Shown: positions 25,198 through 35,643, counted from the first letter of the stretch. The stretch is DNA of 46,490 nt from an uncultured Lachnospiraceae bacterium (GCA_902767075.1 CACXGM010000099.1:1-46490); one strand, 5' to 3'. Notes: generated by a model not told the origin, from the sequence alone. A program made the numbers and translations.

Positions 25198-27495
25198 ATG
25201 TTTTGTACGAAATGCGGAGCAAAAAATGATGATAGGGCAACCTTTTGTACCAATTGCGGAGCGCCCCTGAGGAAGGCAGAGACAAGCACGCCTCAGCCCA
25301 CAGCGACACCTCAGATGCAGCCGATGCAGCAGGCATCACCAACGGTTACGCCTCAGCAGGCACAGCCGGTACAGCAGCCTCCGAAAAAGAAAAATCTGGG
25401 AAAAATCCTGGGACTTTCCATCGGTATCCCTGTGGGGGCCTTGGTCTTGATTGCAGGTCTGGCGGTCCTGATCACAAGGTGGAATGCGTCGAGGATCCAG
25501 TATAGCAATCAACCTGCAAACAACGGGCATATAGTGGCAAACGGCGGAAGTGTAAACGGCACATCCGGGCACTCAAACAGTGGACACAGTGGGAATGACG
25601 GTGATGATATAAACAATGGCGACGGAGGATCCGCTTCAACTTCAAACACCGCATCCGGCAACTATCAGCTCGCAGAGCCTGACGAGAACATCATCAGCGA
25701 GGATAATGCCACCAGGACTCTGATGGTCTATATAGTGGGAAGTGATCTGGAGACTGACGGTGGATATGCATCTGCCGATATCGCCGAAATATGTGATGCA
25801 GCTCTTCCGGATAATGTGAATATCGTTCTTGAGTGCGGAGGTTCTCTGGAGTGGGAAAACAACAAAATCCCCGATGGAGAGGTTACCCGCTTCAAGGTGG
25901 AAAACGGGGATATCGTAAAGCTGGAGGAACTGGGAGAGATCTCCATGACCCAGCCCGGAAAGCTTTCTGATTTTATCAAATTCTCCAGGGATAATTTCCC
26001 CGCAAATAATTACACCCTCATCCTATGGAATCACGGTGGCGGAATTCCTGTGGGATTCGGATGTGATGAGCTGGGAGATTATTATGACACCATGTGTGAT
26101 TATGAGATCAGAGCCGAGCTTGCGGAAGCGAATGTAAAGTTTGATGCGGTTCTCTTTGATGCCTGCAACATGTGTACACTTGAGATGGCAAGAGCTCTGG
26201 AAGGCTATGCCGATTATATGGTGGGTGCGGAGAGCTATGTAAACGGAACCGGTATGTACTACACCAGCTGGCTTTCATCGCTTGACGGTGACCCCAGAGC
26301 CTTCAGTGAAAAGATAGTTCAGGACTATATGGAGCAGAACAGGGAAAACGGTCTCATCGGTTCCATGTCCGTTATCAGGCTTGATTACATCGATCTTGTT
26401 TATGACGCATATGTCAATTATCTTGCAGAAGCCACAGAAGCACTGGACTACGGTGACTATTCAAATTATTACCAGGCCAGAGGAAACTGCGGATATTATG
26501 AGAGCAATGACTCCGTTGACCTTATCACTCTAGCCACCAGCTATAACAATAGTTACTCCACACCTCTTATGAACGCTGTGGTTAACGCAGTGGTTTATAC
26601 GGAGAGTGACTTTGTCTACGGACACGGCCTCATGGCATACAGCCCCTATGAGTCCTATGATATGTACGATGAGGGCAGACAGTCCTTTGTGGAGCTGGGA
26701 TACGACTCGGATATAATGAAGTTCTATGACAATTTCGTTTCCAGAGAGCTGGCATATTTCGAGGGTGATTATTCGGGATATTCCTCCGCCGATTGGTACT
26801 ATGACGATTACAACGAGGAAGCTGCGGAAGTGACACAGACCATGTCCGGATATGAACTGTCATTGGTTGATATGGGAAACTATTATGCGGTGGATGCGCC
26901 TCAGGAACTCTGGGATAATCTGGACAATATCTCTGAAGCCGTGCTGGTGCAGCTGGAGGATTGCTACTGGATGATGGGTCAGGAATACACCTATACGACG
27001 GATGAGGACGGAAATCTGGCGCTGGTAAATCCTGAAAACTGGACCACCATCAACGGACAGACTGTCACTTACTATTGTATAGATTATTATGATGACGGAG
27101 AAGGAAACTGGGCTCAGACCGGAATCGTACCCATATTGATAAACGGTGAAGGGGCACTTTTGTATCTGTATTATGATAACTACAACCCCTACGGTGTGGT
27201 TCAGGGATACAGCAACTTTAACTACGAAACCGAGGAAGAGGGGGATGATATCTATGGCATTGGTATGGATGATGAGATCACCCTTGTCGGTATGTACATG
27301 GATGAAAATTTCGATGTTTTCTACCAGGTAGATTCGGAGCCCTTTAACGCAGAAGAAATACAGATAGGCTACTCTGATGCAACCTATCTGTATGAAAACT
27401 ACTACATGTATGGGTATTATGAGGCAATGGATGTATACGGAAATGCCTACCAGACAGAATTTGAAGAACTGGGAGACCGTTCTTATCTGGAGTAG
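25198..27495 (+). CDS. Zinc-ribbon, membrane-anchored clostripain-family (C11) cysteine peptidase
   Basis: MFCTKCG..FCTNCG, a single TM, MVYIVGSDLE, catalytic ILWNHGGG and FDACNM. Confidence 0.85.
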   Translation: MFCTKCGAKNDDRATFCTNCGAPLRKAETSTPQPTATPQMQPMQQASPTVTPQQAQPVQQPPKKKNLGKILGLSIGIPVGALVLIAGLAVLITRWNASRIQYSNQPANNGHIVANGGSVNGTSGHSNSGHSGNDGDDINNGDGGSASTSNTASGNYQLAEPDENIISEDNATRTLMVYIVGSDLETDGGYASADIAEICDAALPDNVNIVLECGGSLEWENNKIPDGEVTRFKVENGDIVKLEELGEISMTQPGKLSDFIKFSRDNFPANNYTLILWNHGGGIPVGFGCDELGDYYDTMCDYEIRAELAEANVKFDAVLFDACNMCTLEMARALEGYADYMVGAESYVNGTGMYYTSWLSSLDGDPRAFSEKIVQDYMEQNRENGLIGSMSVIRLDYIDLVYDAYVNYLAEATEALDYGDYSNYYQARGNCGYYESNDSVDLITLATSYNNSYSTPLMNAVVNAVVYTESDFVYGHGLMAYSPYESYDMYDEGRQSFVELGYDSDIMKFYDNFVSRELAYFEGDYSGYSSADWYYDDYNEEAAEVTQTMSGYELSLVDMGNYYAVDAPQELWDNLDNISEAVLVQLEDCYWMMGQEYTYTTDEDGNLALVNPENWTTINGQTVTYYCIDYYDDGEGNWAQTGIVPILINGEGALLYLYYDNYNPYGVVQGYSNFNYETEEEGDDIYGIGMDDEITLVGMYMDENFDVFYQVDSEPFNAEEIQIGYSDATYLYENYYMYGYYEAMDVYGNAYQTEFEELGDRSYLE

Positions 27496-27501
27496 TGCCT
27501 G

Positions 27502-28377
27502 TCACAAGCTGTCCTTGTGGGTCAGGGCATAATAGAAAATGTATTGCTGCATTATACCGGCGACGTCCCCATAATACGGAAAGGGATTGACGCCGGTATA
27601 TTTTTGTTCTATCACCTTGGAGATCCAGGTGTCCACGGGGGCAGCTTCGGTCTTTGCATATGCGAAAAGACAGATGCAGTTGGATACCTTATCGCCGATG
27701 CCGTGGATGCTCTTTAACTTCTCAAATACTTCTTCATATGGCATCTTATATAGCTCAGACAGATCTAAATCTTTGCAGAGCACGCTGTTTACGGCATCCA
27801 GAATATAAGGTACCCTGTAGCCCAGTTTGCAATCCGCCAATTCCTCCGGAGTAGCATCTTTCATATCCTTTGCCGAAGGGAAAAGATAGAGCTTTTCACG
27901 GCCGGTGTCCACGGATTTTCCGTATTTTTCACAGATCCTCTCCAGAGAGCCCTTGATGGCGGGGATGCTCTTTCTCTGAGAGGTGATAAAGGTGATGATC
28001 ATTTCCCAGGGCTCCTGTTTTAAAATGCGAAGGCCCGCTCCGTTTTCGCAAGCCTGCAGCATGTATTTATCCTTTGCAGGAACCTTCTTTCTGATGCCGG
28101 AGTAATCCCGTTTTAAATCAAAGTAAGGGATCCAGATTTCCTCCCATTCCCGTTTAGGATCGGTCTTTTTGTTAGATGAACCGTTTATACATTCGATTGA
28201 ATATTCGCCGCAGCCGGTTTTGCTAATCCTTTCCGGCTTGATATAGAGGATATGGCTTCCGGTCACAAAGCGGTAGAAACCGTCCTTTGAAAGGGTAATG
28301 CGAAAAGCCTGGCCGCTTTCCATTATTTTTTTCAGGTCGAAATCATCTGAAACGCTGATAGCTGCAATATTTGACAT
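27502..28377 (-). CDS. ogg: 8-oxoguanine DNA glycosylase (HhH-GPD family)
   Basis: ESGQAFR, GLRILKQEPWE, LGYR, IHGIGDKVSNC, PVDTW, AGIMQQYIF. Confidence 0.85.
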   Translation of the reverse strand: MSNIAAISVSDDFDLKKIMESGQAFRITLSKDGFYRFVTGSHILYIKPERISKTGCGEYSIECINGSSNKKTDPKREWEEIWIPYFDLKRDYSGIRKKVPAKDKYMLQACENGAGLRILKQEPWEMIITFITSQRKSIPAIKGSLERICEKYGKSVDTGREKLYLFPSAKDMKDATPEELADCKLGYRVPYILDAVNSVLCKDLDLSELYKMPYEEVFEKLKSIHGIGDKVSNCICLFAYAKTEAAPVDTWISKVIEQKYTGVNPFPYYGDVAGIMQQYIFYYALTHKDSL

Positions 28378-28504
28378 TTTTCCTCCAATACTTGATTTAA
28401 TGTTGTTTTTAGGGGATAATAAAACAAGTGTGTTGGTCCGTAATTAGGTTTTACCACAGATTCTGCTTTTTTAAAAGTAAGAGGCTGAGAGGATTATTTT
28501 AGGG

Positions 28505-29848
28505 ATGAGTAAGGTTTATATCTGCGATGACGACAAGCTTGTTCTTATGATGGTTGAAAGGATACTGGGAAGAGAACACAGCGTAAAAACGTCGAAGAGC
28601 ATTGAGGAACTGATCAAACTGGTGGCTGAGGAAAAGCCGGATCTGATCCTGCTGGACTTCCAGATGCCGGGTACCAACGGATTTGAAGGAATCAAGAGAT
28701 TAAAGGAAGAGAATTATTTCAGTGATGTGCCCGTCATCATGGTCACGGGAGAGAGGGACTCCGCTCTCGAAATCGATTGTTTGAATGAGGGCGTTGAGGA
28801 CTTTGTACACAAGCCCTTTGTCCCCGATGTACTGCTTACCAGAGTCCAGATGGTGCTTGACAGGAAGGCCAACCAAAAGGATATGCAGGCAAAGATGGAG
28901 GAGGTCATCGACAAGTCTTTTCACGATTCCATGACGGGACTTTTTAATCGTGATTACGCCATCGAGACCATTGGAAACCGCTTGCTTGAATCCGACAAGG
29001 GCGCCTTCATAATGATCGATCTGGATAATTTTAAGTATTTAAATGATGCCTATGGGCATGTTAAGGGAGATGACGCTATCCGCGATGTTGCCGGAATCCT
29101 GGAAACGGCCGTAGGAGGCAGGGGCTTCGCATTCAGACTGGGAGGCGATGAGTTTGGAGTGTATATGTACACCTCGGATCATGCCATTGTGGAGAACTTT
29201 GTCATCGATCTCTTCGGAGAGTACAATCGCCAAGCGGTGGAAAAGGATTATCTTGTGAATTCCTCCCTCTCTATCGGTATCGCCCTCACTCCCGAGGACG
29301 GAGAAACCTATGACGATCTCTACGCCGCTGCGGACAAAGCGCTGTATTGCGCAAAGAGAAACGGAAAGAATGGGTATTGCTTCTATTCCGTGAACTTTAC
29401 CGATTCATCGGACAACCGTATAGAGGTGGTAAATATCCGCCAGCTTCAGAAGCTTATCGAGGACCGCAAGGAGATCCGTGAGCAGAGTGGTGTTTATAAG
29501 GTTGATTACAGGGAATTCCAGAGAATATACAATTACATCGGAAGGTGCGTGGAGAGGACTCACCAGAAGGCAAAGCTGGTAATGGTCACCTTGGATGTGG
29601 ACGAAACCATTCTTGCTGATAGCGTCGAGAGTGAGATGCAAAAGGTTGAAAAGGCCATAGTCAGCTCCCTCAGAAGAAATGATGTAGGTACCAGGTACAG
29701 CGCAACGCAGTTTCTGCTGGTGCTTATAGATGTGGATTTCAATTGCCTTGAAAATGTCATCGAGAGCAGGATCATGGATAATTACAGTGAATTGTCGGGA
29801 AGAAGCGGAAGTATGCTTCGCTTTGAAATATTGGATATCAAGCAGTAA
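28505..29848 (+). CDS. Response regulator-diguanylate cyclase (REC-GGDEF-degenerate GGDEF)
   Basis: CDDD..LLDFQMP..KPF; DSMTGLFNR, DLDNFK..ND.YGH..GD, RLGGDEF; C-terminal RRNDVGTRYSATQF. Confidence 0.88.
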   Translation: MSKVYICDDDKLVLMMVERILGREHSVKTSKSIEELIKLVAEEKPDLILLDFQMPGTNGFEGIKRLKEENYFSDVPVIMVTGERDSALEIDCLNEGVEDFVHKPFVPDVLLTRVQMVLDRKANQKDMQAKMEEVIDKSFHDSMTGLFNRDYAIETIGNRLLESDKGAFIMIDLDNFKYLNDAYGHVKGDDAIRDVAGILETAVGGRGFAFRLGGDEFGVYMYTSDHAIVENFVIDLFGEYNRQAVEKDYLVNSSLSIGIALTPEDGETYDDLYAAADKALYCAKRNGKNGYCFYSVNFTDSSDNRIEVVNIRQLQKLIEDRKEIREQSGVYKVDYREFQRIYNYIGRCVERTHQKAKLVMVTLDVDETILADSVESEMQKVEKAIVSSLRRNDVGTRYSATQFLLVLIDVDFNCLENVIESRIMDNYSELSGRSGSMLRFEILDIKQ

Positions 29849-29861
29849 ACGGTGAAGGATC

Positions 29862-30752
29862 ATGGAGAAGGCTTTTAAATTAGAGTTTAACAATAAAAAA
29901 GTCGGAAGCCTTTTCTTAAACAACTGCGGTATTTCCCAGACGGAGCCGCTTCACAGCTTCGGGCCTGCGTCTAAACCCCATTTCCTGATACATTATGTAT
30001 TCAGCGGAAAGGGGATATTTCGATTCAGGGAAAAGGAATACCATCTTGAAAAGGGTTATGGCTTTTTGATAGAGCCGGATGAACTTGCGTTTTATCAGGC
30101 TGATGAAAAGGATCCCTGGAGCTATCTCTGGGTGGGTTTTGGCGGCAGCGAGGCGGAAAGCTGTCTGCGAAATATGGGCCTGTCAGGAAATCATCCCATT
30201 TTTTCCTGCCGTGCATCGAACGAACTTTATGACGTGGTCCGGGACATGATGGAGCACAATACTGTGGGACTGTCAAATGAGCTGCGCAGAAACGGCCTTT
30301 TGGGAGTGTTTCTCTCCATCATAGCCGACAGTGAGAGCGTGGCAACAAAGGAAGATACGGACAAGGACAAGGGAAATGCCTATGTCAGCAAGGCCATCGA
30401 TTATATCCAGAACAACTATTACAACCCCATCAAGGTCACGGATGTGGCGGATTATGTCTGCGTCAACAGAAGTTATCTCTATACGCTTTTTGAAAACGTT
30501 CTGGGAATGTCGCCCCAGCAGTTTCTGACCACCTTCAGGATCACCAAGGCCAGAGAACTACTGGAATCCACGGATTATCCGATAGAGAGTATCGCGCTCA
30601 CATGCGGATACAGTGATGCCCAGGTATTTACAAAGGCTTTTCACCAGCTTAAAGGGGTAACTCCTTCTGCCTATAGAAAAGAGAGCAGAAAGGAAAGCAG
30701 CCCGGAAAAGCTCCTGGAGGTGGAGAAGCTGATCGCCGAACTTATAAAATGA
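29862..30752 (+). CDS. AraC-family regulator, probably of galactose genes
   Basis: Cupin (HSFGP..FLIHY..GKG) plus AraC HTH; immediately upstream of galK. Confidence 0.88.
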   Translation: MEKAFKLEFNNKKVGSLFLNNCGISQTEPLHSFGPASKPHFLIHYVFSGKGIFRFREKEYHLEKGYGFLIEPDELAFYQADEKDPWSYLWVGFGGSEAESCLRNMGLSGNHPIFSCRASNELYDVVRDMMEHNTVGLSNELRRNGLLGVFLSIIADSESVATKEDTDKDKGNAYVSKAIDYIQNNYYNPIKVTDVADYVCVNRSYLYTLFENVLGMSPQQFLTTFRITKARELLESTDYPIESIALTCGYSDAQVFTKAFHQLKGVTPSAYRKESRKESSPEKLLEVEKLIAELIK

Positions 30753-30768
30753 TATATTTAACATTTTG

Positions 30769-30804
30769 ACAAACCATGCAAACAAAAGTGTATGGTTTGT
30801 TTTG
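30769..30804 (+). terminator. Hairpin between araC and galK (terminator or operator)
   Basis: ACAAACCATGCA..TGTATGGTTTGT inverted repeat followed by T's. Confidence 0.5.
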
Positions 30805-30876
30805 TATTTATGGGATAATATTAGGGCAAATAAAGGTTTTCTTGTTAACAAAAGTATTTATTCGGAGGGTATTGAA

Positions 30877-32052
30877 ATGGCTGAAATGAAAGAGATCATT
30901 TTAAAGAGATTTTCGGAAAAGTTTGGCGATGGAGACGGAGCAAAAGCATACTTTGCGCCGGGCCGTGTGAACCTCATCGGAGAGCATACGGACTATAACG
31001 GAGGACATGTTTTCCCCTGTGCTCTTACAATCGGAACCTACGGCGTGGCCAGAAAGAGACAGGATAAGGTATGCCGGTTTTATTCCATGAACTTTGACAA
31101 TCTGGGCGTGATCACCGTGGATCTGAGTGGGGAGATCAAACCGGACAAGGAGCTTGACTGGGTCAATTATCCTCTTGGCGTTATCTGGGCCTTTGAACAG
31201 AAAGGAATGAAGATCGACTCCGGATTCGACCTTCTTCTGAACGGAAACATACCCAACGGCTCTGGACTTTCATCCTCCGCATCCGTGGAGGTGCTCACCG
31301 GATTCATCCTCAGGGATCTTTACGGATTTAATGTTACCAATCAGGATCTGGCATTGATAGGACAGTTCTCCGAGAACAATTTCAACGGTGTAAACTGCGG
31401 TATCATGGACCAGTTCGCCATCGCTATGGGCAAGAAGGACAATGCGATCTTCCTGGATACGGCCACTCTTCAGTATGAGTACGCACCCATTAAGCTTGAC
31501 GGAGCAAAGATCGTCATCGCCTGCTCCAACAAAAAGCGCGGTCTCGGCGATTCAAAGTATAACGAGCGCCGTCAGGAGTGCGAGGACGCTCTCGCCGCTC
31601 TTCAGACAATGGTGAATATCAAGAGTCTGGGCGATCTGGATGAGGCTACCTATGAAAAGCTTTCTCCGGTGATCAAGGACGGTACAAAATGCCGCCGTGC
31701 ACGTCACGCAATATATGAGAATCAGAGGACCATCGAGGCAGTCAGCGCTCTTAAGTCCGGTAATATCAAGGCATTCGGGCAGCTGATGAACGAGTCCCAC
31801 AAGTCACTTCGCGACGATTATGAAGTAACAGGAAAGGAACTTGATACGCTGGTTGAGGAGGCATGGAAGGTGCCCGGAGTCATCGGCTCGAGAATGACCG
31901 GCGCAGGTTTCGGAGGATGTACTGTTTCCATCGTTAAAGAAGAAAACATCGATGAGTTCATCAAGTCCGTGGGTGAAGCCTACGAGAGAACCATTGGTTA
32001 CAAGGCAGACTTCTATGTGGTTGAGATCGGTGACGGTCCCAGCGTGTTGTAA
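30877..32052 (+). CDS. galK: Galactokinase
   Basis: APGRVNLIGEHTDYNGG, GSGLSSSAS, CGIMDQ, RMTGAGFGG; GGAGG RBS before ATG 30877. Confidence 0.95.
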   Translation: MAEMKEIILKRFSEKFGDGDGAKAYFAPGRVNLIGEHTDYNGGHVFPCALTIGTYGVARKRQDKVCRFYSMNFDNLGVITVDLSGEIKPDKELDWVNYPLGVIWAFEQKGMKIDSGFDLLLNGNIPNGSGLSSSASVEVLTGFILRDLYGFNVTNQDLALIGQFSENNFNGVNCGIMDQFAIAMGKKDNAIFLDTATLQYEYAPIKLDGAKIVIACSNKKRGLGDSKYNERRQECEDALAALQTMVNIKSLGDLDEATYEKLSPVIKDGTKCRRARHAIYENQRTIEAVSALKSGNIKAFGQLMNESHKSLRDDYEVTGKELDTLVEEAWKVPGVIGSRMTGAGFGGCTVSIVKEENIDEFIKSVGEAYERTIGYKADFYVVEIGDGPSVL

Positions 32053-32109
32053 GCGGTCGTGCCAACGAAAATACATGCGGTCAAGTTTGTATAGATAAGG
32101 GATTGTGAA

Positions 32110-33645
32110 ATGATTCAAAAGGATATCAGAAAACTGGTCAGCTACGGATTAAAGACCGGGCTGGTCTCAAAGGAAGATGAAATATTTACCGTAAACAGAT
32201 TGCTGGAACTTTTTAAGCTGGATGATATTACCGAGGAAGCTATGACAATGTCATCGGAGGAGCTTTTGTTTACGGATGAAGAGACAGAGAGCGGCGAAAA
32301 GCTGGAAGCACTCCTTTCCCGGATGCTGGACTACGCATATGAAGCGGGTCTCATGGAAGAGAACACCATTGGTTACAGAGATCTTTTTGACACAAAGATC
32401 ATGAGCATGCTCATGCCAAGGCCCGGAGAGGTGATCAAAAGATTCAGGGATCTCTACGAGAGCGAGGGACCTGAGGCCGCAACGGATTTTTATTACAGAT
32501 TAAGCCGCGATTCGGATTACATTCGCCGTTACAGGATAAAGAAGGATGTGAAGTGGATTGCTGAAACGGAATACGGAGATCTTGATATCACCATTAATCT
32601 CTCCAAGCCTGAAAAGGATCCAAAGGCAATCGCTGCAGCAAAACTGGCAAAGCAGTCGGGGTATCCCAAGTGCCTTCTTTGCAGGGAAAACGAAGGGTAT
32701 GCCGGCAGGATAGATCACCCTGCGCGCCAGAATCACAGGATCATTCCCGTGACTATAAACGGCAGCGACTGGGGATTTCAGTACAGTCCCTATGTGTATT
32801 ACAACGAGCACTGCATTGTGTTTAACTCACAGCATGTTCCCATGAAGATCGAGCATGCCACTTTTTGCAAGCTCTTTGATTTTGTAAAGCAGTTCCCTCA
32901 CTATTTCGTGGGTTCGAATGCCGATCTGCCCATAGTAGGCGGTTCCATTCTCTCCCATGATCATTTCCAGGGCGGACACTACGAATTTGCCATGGCGAAG
33001 GCACCGGTGGAGAAGCAGGTTTCCATCCCGGGTTTTAGCGATGTGGCAGCAGGCATAGTGAAGTGGCCCATGTCCGTCATCAGACTTTCCGGCACTGACA
33101 CTGACAGGATCATCGAGCTGGCTGACAGGATCCTGGAGGCGTGGCGCGGGTATTCGGATGAGGAGTGCTTTATCTATGCGGAAACTGATGGAGAGCCGCA
33201 CAATACTATCACTCCCATAGCCAGAAAGAGGGGAGATAAATACGAGCTCGACCTGGTGCTGAGAAACAATATCACGACAAAGGAACATCCCCTTGGAGTA
33301 TTTCATCCCCATGCAAAGCTCCATCACATCAAGAAAGAGAACATCGGACTTATCGAGGTAATGGGATTGGCAGTTCTCCCCGCCAGACTTAAAAAAGAGA
33401 TGGCGGACTTAAAGAAAGCAATGCTTAACGGAAGCGATCTGAGAAGTGACGAGGTCCTTAATAAGCATGCCGACTGGGTGGATGAGTTTAAAACAAAGTA
33501 CGAAAAGATAGATGAAAACAATATTGACAAGATCATCGAAGATGAGATAGGACTTGTGTTTATGCAGGTTCTGGAAGATGCCGGAGTCTATAAGAGAGAT
33601 GAAGCCGGAATGGCGGGCTTCGAGCGTTTTATCAGATCGTTATAG
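32110..33645 (+). CDS. galT: Galactose-1-phosphate uridylyltransferase (Firmicute type)
   Basis: ITINLSKPEKDPK, QYSPYVYYNEH, NADLPIVGGSILSHDHFQGG, HHIKKENIGLIEVMG. Confidence 0.95.
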   Translation: MIQKDIRKLVSYGLKTGLVSKEDEIFTVNRLLELFKLDDITEEAMTMSSEELLFTDEETESGEKLEALLSRMLDYAYEAGLMEENTIGYRDLFDTKIMSMLMPRPGEVIKRFRDLYESEGPEAATDFYYRLSRDSDYIRRYRIKKDVKWIAETEYGDLDITINLSKPEKDPKAIAAAKLAKQSGYPKCLLCRENEGYAGRIDHPARQNHRIIPVTINGSDWGFQYSPYVYYNEHCIVFNSQHVPMKIEHATFCKLFDFVKQFPHYFVGSNADLPIVGGSILSHDHFQGGHYEFAMAKAPVEKQVSIPGFSDVAAGIVKWPMSVIRLSGTDTDRIIELADRILEAWRGYSDEECFIYAETDGEPHNTITPIARKRGDKYELDLVLRNNITTKEHPLGVFHPHAKLHHIKKENIGLIEVMGLAVLPARLKKEMADLKKAMLNGSDLRSDEVLNKHADWVDEFKTKYEKIDENNIDKIIEDEIGLVFMQVLEDAGVYKRDEAGMAGFERFIRSL

Positions 33646-33673
33646 GACTTTTCTGCCGGAGGAGCTTTCCTTG

Positions 33674-34318
33674 TCAGAGAGGTTTTCCCGTAAGCTCGGA
33701 AGGCTCTTTTAGATATTCCTTTAAATCCGTGATCAGAGACTTGGTGGTCAGAAGATTCATGGCTTCCACCTTTTGAACCAGCTCGCTTATACGCTGCTTT
33801 TCCCCGCGCTTATTGTAATATGAGGCGAGGCGGCGGTACACGGAAGGGGCATCGGATCCGATGCTCACTTCATATTCCATGATCTGAACGGCAGGTTCCT
33901 TCAGGCCTTTTTCCCAGAGCCGGTCAGTCCATTTCTGAAGATTTTGAATAAGTATAGTAAAGCGGTCGTCGCATGCTGACAGGTATGTCAGATTTGCGAC
34001 GCCGTATTTTAGTTTAAGGTCTGTGTTGGTGAGTCCGGTGAGGTTGATGATCTTCTCCTCGGAGAGTTCGTGAAGGGCTTTGATGCAATCTGACACCACT
34101 TCGTCATCGGTGAGAACATCCGTGGGGAGCTTGTCAAAATCTATCGCTACGTACTCAACATCATCCAGGGACTTTCTGCGGACATTGTTTGCTTCCGCTT
34201 CCCGGGCCCAGAATCTTTTATCTGCGTTGTCGTTTTTATGGCGCGCCTTGCGGATGGCATATTGAAGCACCAGAATGAACATTATGAAGCTGAGAAGTAT
34301 GGGAAACTGAAATCTCAT
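33674..34318 (-). CDS. Hypothetical protein with N-terminal TM
   Basis: 214-aa ORF in the gap with AAGGA RBS; N-terminal hydrophobic helix and helical C-terminus. Confidence 0.75.
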   Translation of the reverse strand: MRFQFPILLSFIMFILVLQYAIRKARHKNDNADKRFWAREAEANNVRRKSLDDVEYVAIDFDKLPTDVLTDDEVVSDCIKALHELSEEKIINLTGLTNTDLKLKYGVANLTYLSACDDRFTILIQNLQKWTDRLWEKGLKEPAVQIMEYEVSIGSDAPSVYRRLASYYNKRGEKQRISELVQKVEAMNLLTTKSLITDLKEYLKEPSELTGKPL

Positions 34319-34414
34319 GGTGATCCTTTATATTTTCCTTTTATTCCTAAAGGGTTTATAGTATAATTTATTGGATATTTATTCAAAAGTTACCTTGAGT
34401 TAGGTGGTATTATT

Positions 34415-34522
34415 ATGTTAAACATGTCAAACAAAAAAACCAAAAAGGTTGTTGCGGCGGTGATCGTAGGCATTCTTGTTGTCGCTATGATCGTACCCTT
34501 GATTGTATCATATGCGGTTTAA
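34415..34522 (+). CDS. Small single-TM protein (35 aa), not in the ORF track
   Basis: AGGTGG RBS; MLNMSNKKTKKVVAAVIVGILVVAMIVPLIVSYAV; overlaps the start of the next gene. Confidence 0.65.
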   Translation: MLNMSNKKTKKVVAAVIVGILVVAMIVPLIVSYAV

Positions 34523-35087
34523 GTATTCAATTGTGATGACAGGCTTTATAGGGCTTGAGGGCACTGCAAAGCTTGCAAAAGAATATGAGAAAAGGATCAC
34601 GGAGCGCTTCCCCGCATATCTGGTTAAAGATGCGGCAGGCTTCGGAGACGGAGATGACAGGCTCGGGCACGAAAAGGCTCTGGAGATCATAGACGAGCAC
34701 CTGAGGGAGTTTGGGGCTGCAAACGGCGAGGGAGCCCACTGCGTGGAAGTTTCCAAAGGGGGCATACTCACGGCGCTTTACGAACTGGCAACTATCAGCG
34801 GTCTGGGATTTGAGACCGACCTTCGCAAGATCCCGATACGTCAGGAGACCGTGGAGATCTGCGAACTTCTGGAGGTGAACCCCTATCACCTTTATTCCGG
34901 GAAATGCATGGTATGCATGGTCCCCGAGGGCGGCGCGCTTGTCACCGGCTTACAGGATGAGGGGATTAACGCCGTCATCATCGGTCATACCACGGATAAA
35001 AAGGCGCACATTCTGTACAACGACGGTACGGAGAGCCATTTAAACAGACCTGAGCCCGACGAACTGGAAAGGCTTGCTCTGATATGA
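34512..35087 (+). CDS. AIR-synthase/HypE-related protein, C-terminal domain only
   Basis: IVMTGFIGLEGT, SKGGIL.AL.ELA, DLRKIPIRQETVEICE...NPY.L.SG, RPEPDEL. Confidence 0.7.
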   Translation: MRFKYSIVMTGFIGLEGTAKLAKEYEKRITERFPAYLVKDAAGFGDGDDRLGHEKALEIIDEHLREFGAANGEGAHCVEVSKGGILTALYELATISGLGFETDLRKIPIRQETVEICELLEVNPYHLYSGKCMVCMVPEGGALVTGLQDEGINAVIIGHTTDKKAHILYNDGTESHLNRPEPDELERLALI

Positions 35088-35154
35088 ATTGCGGAACCGA
35101 AGCTGTGCCAAGCGGCAGAGCTAAATCCAAACGGGTCCGTTAAGTGAGGTTACT

Positions 35155-35643
35155 ATGAAAATGGAAGAAGAGTTACTGGCAATCATTGAAAAGAACAGTC
35201 GCATTGACCTTAAAGAGCTGGCGGTTATCCTGGGAGTCGCGGAAATAGATGTTGTTAACACACTTCAGAAAATGGAAGAAGAGGGTGTTGTCTGCGGATA
35301 CCACACAATGATCAACTGGGAAAAAACATCCATAGAAAAGGTTACCGCGCTTATCGAGGTGCGCGTCACTCCTCAGAGAGGACAGGGCTTTGACAATATC
35401 GCTGAGAGGATCTACAAGTATCCCGAGGTTCAGAGCGTATACCTCATCTCCGGAGGTTATGACCTTCTGGTCACGCTGGAGGGAAAGACACTGCGTGAGG
35501 TTTCCAGCTTTGTATCCGATAAGCTTTCCACACTGGATACGGTCCTCAGCACTGCTACCCACTTTATTTTGAAGAAGTACAAGGATCACGGAACGATCCT
35601 TAATCTAAAAATCGAAGATGAAAGGGAGATCGTGACGCCATGA
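35155..35643 (+). CDS. Lrp/AsnC-family regulator
   Basis: N-terminal HTH, IEVRVTPQRGQGFD, YLISGGYD, TATHFILKKYK. Confidence 0.9.
   Translation: MKMEEELLAIIEKNSRIDLKELAVILGVAEIDVVNTLQKMEEEGVVCGYHTMINWEKTSIEKVTALIEVRVTPQRGQGFDNIAERIYKYPEVQSVYLISGGYDLLVTLEGKTLREVSSFVSDKLSTLDTVLSTATHFILKKYKDHGTILNLKIEDEREIVTP

Noticed and set aside
35088-35154. Small nested hairpins upstream of the Lrp gene
   Set aside because: Short imperfect stems with no recognisable RNA family; cannot be supported.
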